Source: a virus | Taxonomy: Duplodnaviria; Caudoviricetes | Reading direction: 5' to 3' (one strand) | IMG/VR virus record: IMGVR_UViG_3300020045_004180 | Coordinates: 1 to 41,130 of that record | DNA length: 41,130 nucleotides | In this document: positions 28,278-37,476 of the stretch, piece after piece | Position numbering within the stretch: position 1 is the first letter of the stretch | Layout of the letters: every line of letters begins with the position of its first letter | The notes under the pieces: model-generated | Database searches by the model: none | Told to the model about the DNA's origin: nothing | The model's input: the letters and a program-made list of their open reading frames with translations, nothing else | Made by a program: the position numbers and the translations under genes

Positions 28278-28394
28278 ATGGCTGAATTTATAAAAACAGT
28301 TTATGAATATCCGTGGACTTGTGTTTTCATTTGGATTTTCATTCACGAAATTGTAGGGACTATTTGCGATACTATTAACAAAGAAAAAAAATAA
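28278..28394 (+). CDS. 38-aa hydrophobic peptide
   Basis: MAEFIKTVYEYPWTCVFIWIFIHEIVGTICDTINKEKK fills the intergenic gap exactly. Confidence 0.5.
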   Translation: MAEFIKTVYEYPWTCVFIWIFIHEIVGTICDTINKEKK

Positions 28395-28396
28395 TT

Positions 28397-29458
28397 ATGG
28401 CAGTAATAAACATACGTCCAGTTGAAAGTGGACAATCAAAAGCGGTTATCGGTATTGCTGGAATTTCTGGAAGCGGAAAAACATATACGGCTTTATTAAT
28501 GGCTCGTGGAATGGTAAATAAGGCATCTGAAATAGGTTTTTTGGATACTGAAAACAAAAGGGGATCATTGTATGCCGATATTTTAGATGGTAAATTTATG
28601 ATTGGTGATTTGTACCCACCTTTTTCCCCTGGAAGATACGCACAAGCCATTAAAGAGTTTCAGGATTCAGGTGTGAAAGTTTTGGTTATTGATTCCGTAA
28701 CTCACGAATGGGAAGGTGAAGGTGGTTGTGATGATATTGCAAATGCTCCAAAGGCTGACGGTTCACCAAGAAAAGTAGCTAACTGGATAGGTGCAAAAAG
28801 AGAACACAAAACATTTATGAATGTTCTTTTACAATCGAATATGGACATTATTTGTTGCATTCGTGCCAGAGAGAAAACCGATTTTAAAGACCCTACAAAG
28901 CCTGTTTCTTTGGGAATACTCCCAATATGTGAAAAAAACTTTATGTTTGAAATGACGGCTTCTTTGTTGATGGAAAACGAGGGTAAAACGCAAAAGTTTC
29001 TAAAAATTCCATCTTTCTTAAAACCATCATTCGGAACTGGAAACGGATATTTAGGATTGGAAACGGGTAAAAAAATTCGACAATGGTTAGACCAAGGAGA
29101 AAAAGAAGACCCTGAAATATCACGTATAAAATCAGAGGCTTTATTGACTTGTGAAAAGGGAGTTGTAGAACTTACAAAACTTTGGGAATCTTTGACAAAG
29201 GAACAAAAGCAAAACATCAAATTGAAATCTCATTTCGCTTTGTGTGGAGAAAGTGCCAAATCTTACGATGCTCAAAATTCAGATGATGAAACCGATAAAT
29301 TGGAAGTTTTAAATAGATTGTTTGGAGAAGTTGAAGAAAGACTATCGCCTCCGGATGTTGCATTTATAAAAAAAACTATCGAAAATGCAGATGAAAAAGA
29401 ATACGACAAATTGATTTATCAACTTAACAAGATGAAAAATGAACAACAAACCAAATAG
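28397..29458 (+). CDS. Sak4-like / AAA_24 ATPase (single-strand annealing)
   Basis: Walker A GISGSGKT, LDTE, Walker B VIDSVTHEW; adjacent to an exonuclease. Confidence 0.82.
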   Translation: MAVINIRPVESGQSKAVIGIAGISGSGKTYTALLMARGMVNKASEIGFLDTENKRGSLYADILDGKFMIGDLYPPFSPGRYAQAIKEFQDSGVKVLVIDSVTHEWEGEGGCDDIANAPKADGSPRKVANWIGAKREHKTFMNVLLQSNMDIICCIRAREKTDFKDPTKPVSLGILPICEKNFMFEMTASLLMENEGKTQKFLKIPSFLKPSFGTGNGYLGLETGKKIRQWLDQGEKEDPEISRIKSEALLTCEKGVVELTKLWESLTKEQKQNIKLKSHFALCGESAKSYDAQNSDDETDKLEVLNRLFGEVEERLSPPDVAFIKKTIENADEKEYDKLIYQLNKMKNEQQTK

Positions 29459-30176
29459 AGTTGCCAGAATTACAAGCAGCAAAATATCGTTTCTCACAAT
29501 CACAGGAAAAGGAGAATACGGATTTGGAGCCGGTGCAATAACATATCTCGATGACAAAAAAAAGGAATTGGAATACGGGCGTGGGATATCGCTTCCAGTT
29601 TATAAGCAAGAAATGATTTGGGGTAAAGCTTGGGAAGTTTGGGTACATTGGCAATTAGGTCCAGAATACAAGCTTATAATTGACCAAGCTACCATACATC
29701 CAAAATATCCCTTTTGGGCTGGTTCAGAAGATTTTCAGGTAGAAATTCCAGGCGGTTGCATTTCTGAATTGAAATGTTATCAAATGTCAAATCATTACGA
29801 TTATGTAAAGTGCTTACAAAGTCAAGATGTTGAACGTTTCAAAAAGGAATTTAAAACCGAGTATTGGCAAATTGTTTCGAACAGCTGCATTCATAATACT
29901 AAATTTGGGGAAGCAATCGCATTTTTGCCAAAAGAGGAAAACTTAATTGAAATGCGTGATTTGATTGAGAATACAGACTACATCGAAAAGCACATTAAAG
30001 ATGACCCGTGGAAGTATCGATTTATTTTCGAAAAAGATTTATACGATTTGAGTTTCATTCCCAAACATTCAGATTTTCCAAGTTTGGTAAAGTTCCGTTT
30101 CGAGGTGCCAATTGAGGACAAAGTCTTTTTGACAAAACAAGTTATTAATGCAGAAAAATATCTGAATAATGGATAA
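29439..30176 (+). CDS. YqaJ/lambda-exonuclease-like nuclease
   Basis: RITSSKI, MIWGKAWE, AGSED, ELKC, YWQI motifs. Confidence 0.75.
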   Translation: MNNKPNRVARITSSKISFLTITGKGEYGFGAGAITYLDDKKKELEYGRGISLPVYKQEMIWGKAWEVWVHWQLGPEYKLIIDQATIHPKYPFWAGSEDFQVEIPGGCISELKCYQMSNHYDYVKCLQSQDVERFKKEFKTEYWQIVSNSCIHNTKFGEAIAFLPKEENLIEMRDLIENTDYIEKHIKDDPWKYRFIFEKDLYDLSFIPKHSDFPSLVKFRFEVPIEDKVFLTKQVINAEKYLNNG

Positions 30177-31542
30177 AGCATATTTAAAATTCTTAGAACA
30201 AAAAAGGCACTCAATCGGAAACTTTGGTTTCAAGGCTAACTTTTTACCTGATTGCGGTTTTGACTTTCAAAACTTTGTGATTGAAAAAGCGGTTAAAAAG
30301 GGGCGTATTGCTAATTTCTTGGATACTGGACTGGGTAAAACATTGGTTCAAATATCCATTGCCAGAAACATAATCCAACACACCAATAAAAGAGTTTTGA
30401 TACTTACACCTTTGGCCGTTGGATTTCAATTCATAAAAGAGGCAAACGATAGGAATATCACGGATGATATTGAGATAACCAAAGATGGTAAATTCACTAA
30501 AAAAATAGTGATTTGCAATTATGAAAGATTGCATTATTTGAACCCTTTGGACTTTGAATGTGTTATACTCGATGAAAGTTCTATTCTTAAAAATTTCGAT
30601 GGTAAAATAAAAAGCCAAATCACGTCATTTGTAAAAAAGATAAAATACAGATTTGGGTCAACGGCAACGCCATCGCCAAATGATTTTATTGAACTGGGTA
30701 CAACATCGGAGTTTTTAGGGTATATGGGTTATATGGATATGTTGGGTAAGTTTTTCAAAAACAATCAAAATTCAGTTGACAGTACTAACCGAAACATTGG
30801 AGAGAAATTTTACCTTAAGCCACACGCTGAAAAGGATTTCTTTGCGTGGGTGAATCAATGGTCAATTATGGCAAAAATGCCGTCAGATTTGGGGTTTTCA
30901 AATGATAGGTTTGTGCTTCCTGAATTGATTATAAACAGGCACATTGTAGAAAATCAATCGTTAATTGATGTTGATGGACAAATCCAAATGTTTACTCCAA
31001 TTGCAAAAAGTATGACCGAGGTTCGACACGAACAAAAGCAAACCGAGGAAAAACGATGTGAACAGGCTATTAATTTGGCCGCTGGCAAAACGTCCGTTTA
31101 TTGGTGTAATACTAATGAGGAAAGCCGTATTTTAAGGATTTCAGATCCAAACGCAGTAGAAATAATAGGCAGTCAGTCAATTGATAAAAAAGAAGAGATT
31201 TTGTACGCTTTTGCCAATGGAGAAATTGAAAGATTAATCACAAAAGCCAAAATGACTTCTATGGGTTTGAATTGGCAACATTGCAATCATTCTGTTTTCT
31301 TTCCTACGTGGAGTTATGAGCAGTATTACCAGGCTATGAGACGTTTTTGGAGGTTTGGACAGAAAAGAGATGTTACTATTGATTTAGTGATTTCTGACGG
31401 TCAAACAAGAGTTATTGAAGCCTTGGAACAAAAAACACAAAAAGCAATTCAACTACATAAAAATTTGACTGAAAATGTCAATCGTAGTTTTGAGCATAAA
31501 ACAAAAGAATTTAACAAACAAATAATTAAACCAATATGGTAA
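30169..31542 (+). CDS. SNF2-like SF2 helicase/ATPase
   Basis: DTGLGKT, LDESS, TATPSPND, GLNWQ, QAMRRFWRFGQ. Confidence 0.88.
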   Translation: MDKAYLKFLEQKRHSIGNFGFKANFLPDCGFDFQNFVIEKAVKKGRIANFLDTGLGKTLVQISIARNIIQHTNKRVLILTPLAVGFQFIKEANDRNITDDIEITKDGKFTKKIVICNYERLHYLNPLDFECVILDESSILKNFDGKIKSQITSFVKKIKYRFGSTATPSPNDFIELGTTSEFLGYMGYMDMLGKFFKNNQNSVDSTNRNIGEKFYLKPHAEKDFFAWVNQWSIMAKMPSDLGFSNDRFVLPELIINRHIVENQSLIDVDGQIQMFTPIAKSMTEVRHEQKQTEEKRCEQAINLAAGKTSVYWCNTNEESRILRISDPNAVEIIGSQSIDKKEEILYAFANGEIERLITKAKMTSMGLNWQHCNHSVFFPTWSYEQYYQAMRRFWRFGQKRDVTIDLVISDGQTRVIEALEQKTQKAIQLHKNLTENVNRSFEHKTKEFNKQIIKPIW

Positions 31543-32543
31543 AAGACCAAATTATTACAGAAAATTACGCAATCTACAATTCAGATTGTATGTTAGTATT
31601 GCCAACAATTGAAAGTGAAAGCATTGATTTATCGGTGTACAGTCCTCCTTTTGCCGGATTATACAATTATTCCAGTTCAGAAAATGATTTTTCAAATTGT
31701 GAATCCAAGGAACAATTTTTGGAACAATACGAGTTTTTGGTAAAGGAAATATCAAGGGTTACGAAACCGGGTAGAATAACCGCTGTACACGCAACGGACG
31801 TATTTGACAATACTTGCCGCCTTTGGGATTTCCCGAACGAGATAATCAGGATTCACACGAAATATGGTTTCGAATACCGTAACCGTATCACGATTTGGAA
31901 AGAGCCTTTGAAAGTTCGTATGCGTACTATGGTTCAATCTTTAATGCATAAATTTATAGTTGAGGATAGTACAAAGTGTTTTACAGCTATGCCGGATTAT
32001 GTTTTAGTTTTTACAAAGAAAGGAGAAAATCAGGTTCCAGTTACACATCCTTTCGGAATGAACCATTATGCTGGAGAAATTCCAATTTTACCAAACATTT
32101 TGAGGGCGTGGAACAACGCCAACAATTCCAATTTGAATGAAACTCAATTATGGGAACATTTGAACAATATCAATGAGGAAGGTAAAATTACCAAGTTGAA
32201 TCATTACGTTTGGCAGCGTTACGCATCAAGTGTTTGGGATGATATTCGAATAGACAACGTTTTGCCGTTTCGGGATTCAAAGGAGGAAGATGACGAGAAA
32301 CACGTACACCCTCTTCAATTGGATGTTATTGATCGTTTGATAGAATTGTACTCAAATCCTGGGGAAGTTGTTTTAACGCCTTTTATGGGAGTTGGAAGCG
32401 AGGTTTTTAGTCCAGTTTCTATGGGTAGAAAAGCAATAGGAATTGAATTGAAAGACAGTTACTTCAAACAGGCTAAACTGAACTTGATTGAAGCGGAAAA
32501 AAGATTTAGAGCCACGGTAAAACAGGAAACCTTATTCGAGTGA
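31536..32543 (+). CDS. DNA methyltransferase (N4-C/N6-A, beta class)
   Basis: Catalytic SPPF near the N-terminus, KHVHPLQ, SAM-binding PFMGVGS, GIELK. Confidence 0.9.
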   Translation: MVKDQIITENYAIYNSDCMLVLPTIESESIDLSVYSPPFAGLYNYSSSENDFSNCESKEQFLEQYEFLVKEISRVTKPGRITAVHATDVFDNTCRLWDFPNEIIRIHTKYGFEYRNRITIWKEPLKVRMRTMVQSLMHKFIVEDSTKCFTAMPDYVLVFTKKGENQVPVTHPFGMNHYAGEIPILPNILRAWNNANNSNLNETQLWEHLNNINEEGKITKLNHYVWQRYASSVWDDIRIDNVLPFRDSKEEDDEKHVHPLQLDVIDRLIELYSNPGEVVLTPFMGVGSEVFSPVSMGRKAIGIELKDSYFKQAKLNLIEAEKRFRATVKQETLFE

Positions 32544-32544
32544 T

Positions 32545-32910
32545 ATGAGAAAAGAAATTCAAACCAAAGAAGAGGCGATTGAATCAGTAATGCGAGGGAA
32601 TAAAACCGATTATATGCTTATTTTTGATTTCGCAGAAAATTGGGTAAAACTTCAATTTAAGTGGTTTAGTTCGGACGATTTGAGGGAAGCGTATTATTTG
32701 GCAGGAAATCCAATTCCAGAAAAACCGAGCGTATTCGGGGCGGTGTTTAACCACCTCGCAAAAGGGAAATTGATATTTCATTTTGGATGGACTATTTCAA
32801 GGTCGGAACGGTCGCACAAAAGGGATTTAAGGACGTGGATTTCTTTGGAGTACAAACAACGTCAACAAAGAAATGCAACGAATAACAATAATTTAAAACT
32901 TGAATTATAA
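32545..32910 (+). CDS. Hypothetical protein (possible winged helix)
   Basis: ORF track; FGAVF...W pattern. Confidence 0.6.
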   Translation: MRKEIQTKEEAIESVMRGNKTDYMLIFDFAENWVKLQFKWFSSDDLREAYYLAGNPIPEKPSVFGAVFNHLAKGKLIFHFGWTISRSERSHKRDLRTWISLEYKQRQQRNATNNNNLKLEL

Positions 32911-33170
32911 TGGCAACAACAATGTTTAATTTATTCCAAAAGAAAACACGAGAGGAGCATATCCAAAAGCGGGTTGAAAGTGTTTTCGCTGAATTGGTTT
33001 CTGATTCAGAATTTGAGTTTACAGACCTTGAAATAGTAATGATAGCTAATTGTGTGAGGAATAAACTTTCAGAGCATTTGGAAGCCAAAAAAGGCTATTT
33101 TATGGAACAATCTGTAATATCCAATCAAAAGGCAATTGAAATTAAAAACTCAATTGAGTTATTGGAATAG
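32910..33170 (+). CDS. Hypothetical protein
   Basis: ORF track; TAATG stop/start overlap. Confidence 0.6.
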   Translation: MATTMFNLFQKKTREEHIQKRVESVFAELVSDSEFEFTDLEIVMIANCVRNKLSEHLEAKKGYFMEQSVISNQKAIEIKNSIELLE

Positions 33171-33179
33171 AATTTTTTA

Positions 33180-33293
33180 TATATTTGTCAAGTAATCGGA
33201 GTGGAAGCCGTGACAAGACATAAAGACATTATCAAAATCTCATTCTGATTAGGCGACTTCCACAATAGCCGAAAAGAATGGGATTTTTCTTTT
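33180..33293 (+). ncRNA. Promoter plus structured leader RNA (two hairpins with complementary loops, terminator-like)
   Basis: TATATTTG 33180-33187; loop GTGGAAG 33201-33207 is complementary to loop CTTCCAC 33257-33263; long stem 33234-33246/33275-33287 followed by U-rich tail. Confidence 0.65.
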
Positions 33294-33315
33294 AAAAAAT
33301 TAAATTAAAAAAATT

Positions 33316-33531
33316 ATGAAACACATTTTGGAAAAAGTAAAAGACGGTCGAAGCACTAAAATTACAGTAACTGAAAATGATTATGAAAAAGATTATAATC
33401 CAATTTCAATAACTATTGAAAATGAAGAAGACGGAAAATGTTTAGGAAGTGCTTATTATGTTTTTCACGAAAAGAAAGATTTAAGTAAGTTTATTGGTTT
33501 ATTGCTTCATGTTCAAGCTAAAATGAAATAG
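33316..33531 (+). CDS. Hypothetical protein
   Basis: ORF track, 71 aa. Confidence 0.6.
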   Translation: MKHILEKVKDGRSTKITVTENDYEKDYNPISITIENEEDGKCLGSAYYVFHEKKDLSKFIGLLLHVQAKMK

Positions 33532-33533
33532 TT

Positions 33534-34241
33534 ATGGACATATTTAGAGTAAATAAGGATAGAGATTTTATGGTGGTTAAAAACACCATTTTCAAAAACA
33601 AGGAAATAACATTAAAATCAAAAGGACTATACGCCTTAATAATGAGTCTGTCAGATGATTGGGATTTTTCAGTAGCTGGTATTGTAGCTATTTGTAAAGA
33701 GGGAAGAGAGTCGCTTTATGCAAGTATTAAAGAATTAGAATTACACGGTTATTGCAAGAAAATAAAAGTTAGAGATTCTTTGGGTAAAATTATAAAAACA
33801 GAATATAGTTTTTACGAAGAGCCTATAAATACTGGCTTCGCTCCACAAACGGGTTTACAAGAAACGGGTGAGCCACAAACGGGTTTACAAGAAACGGGTA
33901 ATACGTCACAATATAATACTAATACAAATAAAGAATTAAATAAAGAAAATATTAATTTTCAAAAATTGCTTTTTTATTTTAATTCTGTTTTTTCTAAATC
34001 TTGTAGAGTATTCCCAAAAGCAGTTGAAAAATCATTTAATTTAAGAATTAAAGAGGGATACACAAAAGAAGATGTTTTAAAAGTTATCGATAATGCTTCA
34101 AACGATACTTTACATAAAGAAAATAATTATAAATACGTTACTTTAGAATTTCTTTCAAGACCTAAAATATTTGAAAGATACGCATCTATGAAACATGAAA
34201 AACCATTTAGTAAAAACAATGGTGGTCATAAGAACTTTTAA
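33534..34241 (+). CDS. Replication initiator (N-terminal HTH, iteron linker, conserved phage C-terminal domain)
   Basis: ITLKSKGLY...SLSDDWDF...IKELELHGY HTH; C-terminal RIKEGYT...LEFLSRPKIFERY; upstream of the helicase. Confidence 0.82.
   Translation: MDIFRVNKDRDFMVVKNTIFKNKEITLKSKGLYALIMSLSDDWDFSVAGIVAICKEGRESLYASIKELELHGYCKKIKVRDSLGKIIKTEYSFYEEPINTGFAPQTGLQETGEPQTGLQETGNTSQYNTNTNKELNKENINFQKLLFYFNSVFSKSCRVFPKAVEKSFNLRIKEGYTKEDVLKVIDNASNDTLHKENNYKYVTLEFLSRPKIFERYASMKHEKPFSKNNGGHKNF
33843..33899 (+). repeat. Iteron-like tandem repeat / putative replication origin
   Basis: CCACAAACGGGTTTACAAGAAACGGGT twice with a 30-bp period; AAACGGGT at 33847, 33862, 33877, 33892; AT-rich tract follows. 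Confidence 0.75.
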
Positions 34242-34262
34242 AAACCTTTTTAAATAAAAAAT

Positions 34263-35240
34263 ATGAAACAAGGTTTCGAACTTTTGAATTATCAAAATAC
34301 CCGTGATGATTTACTAAAATACCGTGAAAACGGTGCCGTACGTGGTAAGTACTTAGGTTTTCCAATTCTTCATGAGCACTATACAATGAGTTTGCCAGGA
34401 ACAACGGATATTACAGGTTTCCCACAATCAGGAAAAAGTGAATTTCTTTTGGAAATGCTTTTAAATACTTCTTTGTTTTATGGTTGGAAACATTTGCTTT
34501 ATGTTCCTGATGTTGGAGATAAAAATGAAGTTTTGGCTATTTTGATTCATAAAATAACTGGAAAGACATTTGATAAACGATATGTAAATTCTAATTATAT
34601 TTCAGAAGAGGAAGCTGACCAGCAATTAATGTGGGTTTTAGAGCATTTCAAAATATTGACTAAAAAAGACTTAAAGGCTAAAATTACGCCTTATGAGTTC
34701 TGGGATATTGCTGCCAAAATGAATCAAGACACTATCGGAGGAATTCAAACGGCAACCATAGACAGTTGGAAAGATATGAAACACGGGGTGGGTATGGACG
34801 ATGAAGCGTTTGGACGTGATGATAAATACTTAGAAGATGTTTTGAGTTATAGAAATGCAATGGCAGAACTACACAAGATGCACTTTCACATCGTTATTCA
34901 CCCCATTAAAACAGAAGCTGACAAGGATGGGAAAAGGAGACCTCCAACACCATATGACTTAAAAGGGGGTTCGGAATGGTACAATAACGCCAAATGTATG
35001 ATAACGGTACACCGACAAGATAATAGTCCAACAGGTGTAACAATTATGATTACAAAGGCGAAACCTAAATCGGTGGCTAAACTCGGAAATGTTGAAATGG
35101 CTTTTGATCGGGCAAAGAATAAGTTTTATTGGGATTACAATGGGGAGCGAAAATATGCATCTGAAAAGTATTTTAAACCCATTGGATTGCAAATAAATGA
35201 TGATATTGAAGAAAATGAAGCTGACGAGATACCATTTTAA
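34263..35240 (+). CDS. Replicative helicase (DnaB/RecA-fold)
   Basis: Walker A GFPQSGKS, Walker B TIDSW, IVIHP, DLKGGSEWYN. Confidence 0.8.
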   Translation: MKQGFELLNYQNTRDDLLKYRENGAVRGKYLGFPILHEHYTMSLPGTTDITGFPQSGKSEFLLEMLLNTSLFYGWKHLLYVPDVGDKNEVLAILIHKITGKTFDKRYVNSNYISEEEADQQLMWVLEHFKILTKKDLKAKITPYEFWDIAAKMNQDTIGGIQTATIDSWKDMKHGVGMDDEAFGRDDKYLEDVLSYRNAMAELHKMHFHIVIHPIKTEADKDGKRRPPTPYDLKGGSEWYNNAKCMITVHRQDNSPTGVTIMITKAKPKSVAKLGNVEMAFDRAKNKFYWDYNGERKYASEKYFKPIGLQINDDIEENEADEIPF

Positions 35241-35250
35241 TAAATAAGAT

Positions 35251-35670
35251 ATGACCAAAGAAGAAGCTACACAAGCCAGATGGCATACACAGTACATAAA
35301 ACAACAAAGAAAGTATTTCGAATATTCTGATACTACTCAATATTTGTTAGAACAAAAAAAAGAGGATGATTTATTGTTGCTTCAAGATGCGTTTATGCAA
35401 TGGATTTTAAAACTAAAGCCAGAAGATGAACGTAAAAAAGAGTTAACACTTCTATTGCAAAGCGTATGGCGTATTCAGAATTATTGTGGTACTTTAGAAA
35501 CTGTTTGTAAATCATCCGTTGTTAGGGTGGTAGAACTCAACAAATTAATTGAAAGGATAGAATCTGAAAAAAGGATTTTGGAATTAGAGATAAAACAGTT
35601 GAAAATACAACACGAATTAGAAAAAAATAGTCTTGGCAAAGAAATTGAATTCCTCACAAAAAATGGCTAG
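35251..35670 (+). CDS. Hypothetical coiled-coil protein
   Basis: ORF track. Confidence 0.6.
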   Translation: MTKEEATQARWHTQYIKQQRKYFEYSDTTQYLLEQKKEDDLLLLQDAFMQWILKLKPEDERKKELTLLLQSVWRIQNYCGTLETVCKSSVVRVVELNKLIERIESEKRILELEIKQLKIQHELEKNSLGKEIEFLTKNG

Positions 35671-35875
35671 CCCGGAACAGATTTATTTTGTTATTAAAAA
35701 TGGTATTTTCGTTTATCCAGTAACAAAATTAAGGGCGTGGTTCATAGAAGTTGACAACAACGGGAAAATACAAAGGTTTGATAAAAAAGTGGCTGAAAAT
35801 GATTTAAACGATGCCGTAGCAAAAACAATAATTTATTTTTATAACAAGCTAAAAGAAAAACAAAATGGGAAATAA
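35663..35875 (+). CDS. Hypothetical protein
   Basis: Likely start MASPEQ at 35663, overlapping the previous stop. Confidence 0.6.
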   Translation: MASPEQIYFVIKNGIFVYPVTKLRAWFIEVDNNGKIQRFDKKVAENDLNDAVAKTIIYFYNKLKEKQNGK

Positions 35876-36401
35876 CAATTTTGATTTAATCAAAGAAATT
35901 ATAATAACTGACCCACCAACGAAATGGACTTTAGCATATAAAAAACCAAAGTTTGACAGCAAGGGAAATGAAGTTACAAAGCAGGACTTTTATTTAACTG
36001 GAAATCTGTTTTATGCTGATAGGACATCTTACCATATTACATCAAAAATAATTCAAGAAAGTAAAGAGTTCCTTTATCAACATTTGAAAGGTATTCCAGA
36101 ATTGGAAAAAATGAGATTGGAATTTGAATATCATCATACGAAACATATTGATTTGGATAACAAAGCGAGTTATTGGATTAAGATAATGTTGGATATTTTG
36201 AAAACGCCAACAGGTAGGCAAATTGATAAAGCAGTTGAGCGTAAAAAGCCAATTATTACAACAAATACCATCACAGATGATAACACAAAGTGCATCGACT
36301 CAATTAGTTTGAAATTCATTTATTCTGAGCATAAAATGATATTCAGGATTTACGGGCGTGTTAAAACGGAACAAAAAGCATTAGATTTGTTCTTTAAATA
36401 G
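35865..36401 (+). CDS. RusA-like Holliday junction resolvase
   Basis: DLDN...KIMLD...ITDDN acidic motifs. Confidence 0.7.
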   Translation: MGNNNFDLIKEIIITDPPTKWTLAYKKPKFDSKGNEVTKQDFYLTGNLFYADRTSYHITSKIIQESKEFLYQHLKGIPELEKMRLEFEYHHTKHIDLDNKASYWIKIMLDILKTPTGRQIDKAVERKKPIITTNTITDDNTKCIDSISLKFIYSEHKMIFRIYGRVKTEQKALDLFFK

Positions 36402-36422
36402 TAACCAATAAATAAATATAAA

Positions 36423-36575
36423 ATGAGTAAATTGATTGAAGACCAAAAGGAAAAAATTATTGAAATCATTTCAGAGTTGGCAGATATTCCGAATGACGGG
36501 ATTAAACCAGAAACATTGTTGAAGGACGGTATGGGATTAGATAGCCTTGACGTTGTAGAAAATAGACTTAATTAA
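36423..36575 (+). pseudogene. Acyl carrier protein, internally deleted (50 aa)
   Basis: MSKLIEDQKEKIIEIISELADIPNDGIKPETLLKDGMGLDSLDVVENRLN*: helix I and the GLDSLDVVE phosphopantetheine motif are present, most of helices II-IV are missing. Not in the ORF track. Confidence 0.75.
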
Positions 36576-36576
36576 G

Positions 36577-36876
36577 ATGGAAAAAACAGGGGTTGAATTA
36601 ATCGCCATTGAGCGAAAAAGACAAATCGAGGAATTGGGATTTGATTACAGTAATGATAAATTGTATGACAACGAACAATTAGCAAGGGCGGGAGCAACAT
36701 ACGCATTAAGACCGGGATTAGTTCGTATAAATTATGATGTTCATGAAAAACCTTTTTTATGGCCGTGGGAGAAAAAATACTGGAAACCTACCCCAGAAGA
36801 CAGAATAAAAGAATTGACCAAAGCAGGGGCGTTAATTGCTGCTCAAATAGACTGGATTAATAATCAAAATAAATAA
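36577..36876 (+). CDS. Conserved phage protein (ERxRQ...WPW...WKP...KAGALIAA family)
   Basis: Motifs IAIERKRQ, LARAGATYA, WPW, WKP, ELTKAGALIAAQID. Confidence 0.7.
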   Translation: MEKTGVELIAIERKRQIEELGFDYSNDKLYDNEQLARAGATYALRPGLVRINYDVHEKPFLWPWEKKYWKPTPEDRIKELTKAGALIAAQIDWINNQNK

Positions 36877-36883
36877 AAACAAG

Positions 36884-37474
36884 ATGAACAAAAAATTAGA
36901 CGTAAAAGACTTTGAATTACAAAAGGTAAAATTCAATGCCAAAAAGGGTTTGGATATTGATTGGTACGATTTAAACCGCACCAATGATATGTATTCTGTA
37001 GAAAGTGACAGCAAACCAAGTGAGGACTATATTAATGCCTTAAATGCGCTAAAAGAGGTTTTCGCTTATTCGTTAGGGCTTAATAACGGGTGGGATTATT
37101 CAAGGGAAAACAACCGAAAAAATGACGATGCATTGAAAAAATCAATTCAATCTTGGAAAGATGAAATTGAAAGATGCGAGGTTACGGGGTTAACGGTTGT
37201 TGGAGTTGGTGAAACGAAAGGAATTAAAATTTCTGGAAGTTTGAAAACAGATTTGGGAACAATTGGAATGACTTCGCCAATAATTAGATTCAATTCTGAA
37301 ATTGTCAATTCAGTTGATGAAACAATTATGATTGGCGATCTTGCCGAAACTGCATTTAATGCCATTCAAATAGAAATTTGGATGTTTATTTACAAGGATA
37401 AGCGGGGCGGTGAATTATTTTCAGAGGTGAAGCAATTAGAACAAAGTGGATTAAACAACCTCAAAGCGGTTTAG
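36884..37474 (+). CDS. Hypothetical phage protein
   Basis: ORF track, 196 aa. Confidence 0.65.
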   Translation: MNKKLDVKDFELQKVKFNAKKGLDIDWYDLNRTNDMYSVESDSKPSEDYINALNALKEVFAYSLGLNNGWDYSRENNRKNDDALKKSIQSWKDEIERCEVTGLTVVGVGETKGIKISGSLKTDLGTIGMTSPIIRFNSEIVNSVDETIMIGDLAETAFNAIQIEIWMFIYKDKRGGELFSEVKQLEQSGLNNLKAV

Positions 37475-37476
37475 CC

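Noticed and set aside
19324-33899. CRISPR-like or anti-CRISPR repeat arrays
   Set aside because: The only tandem repeats found (TQHG block, iterons) are in-frame coding repeats without unique spacers.
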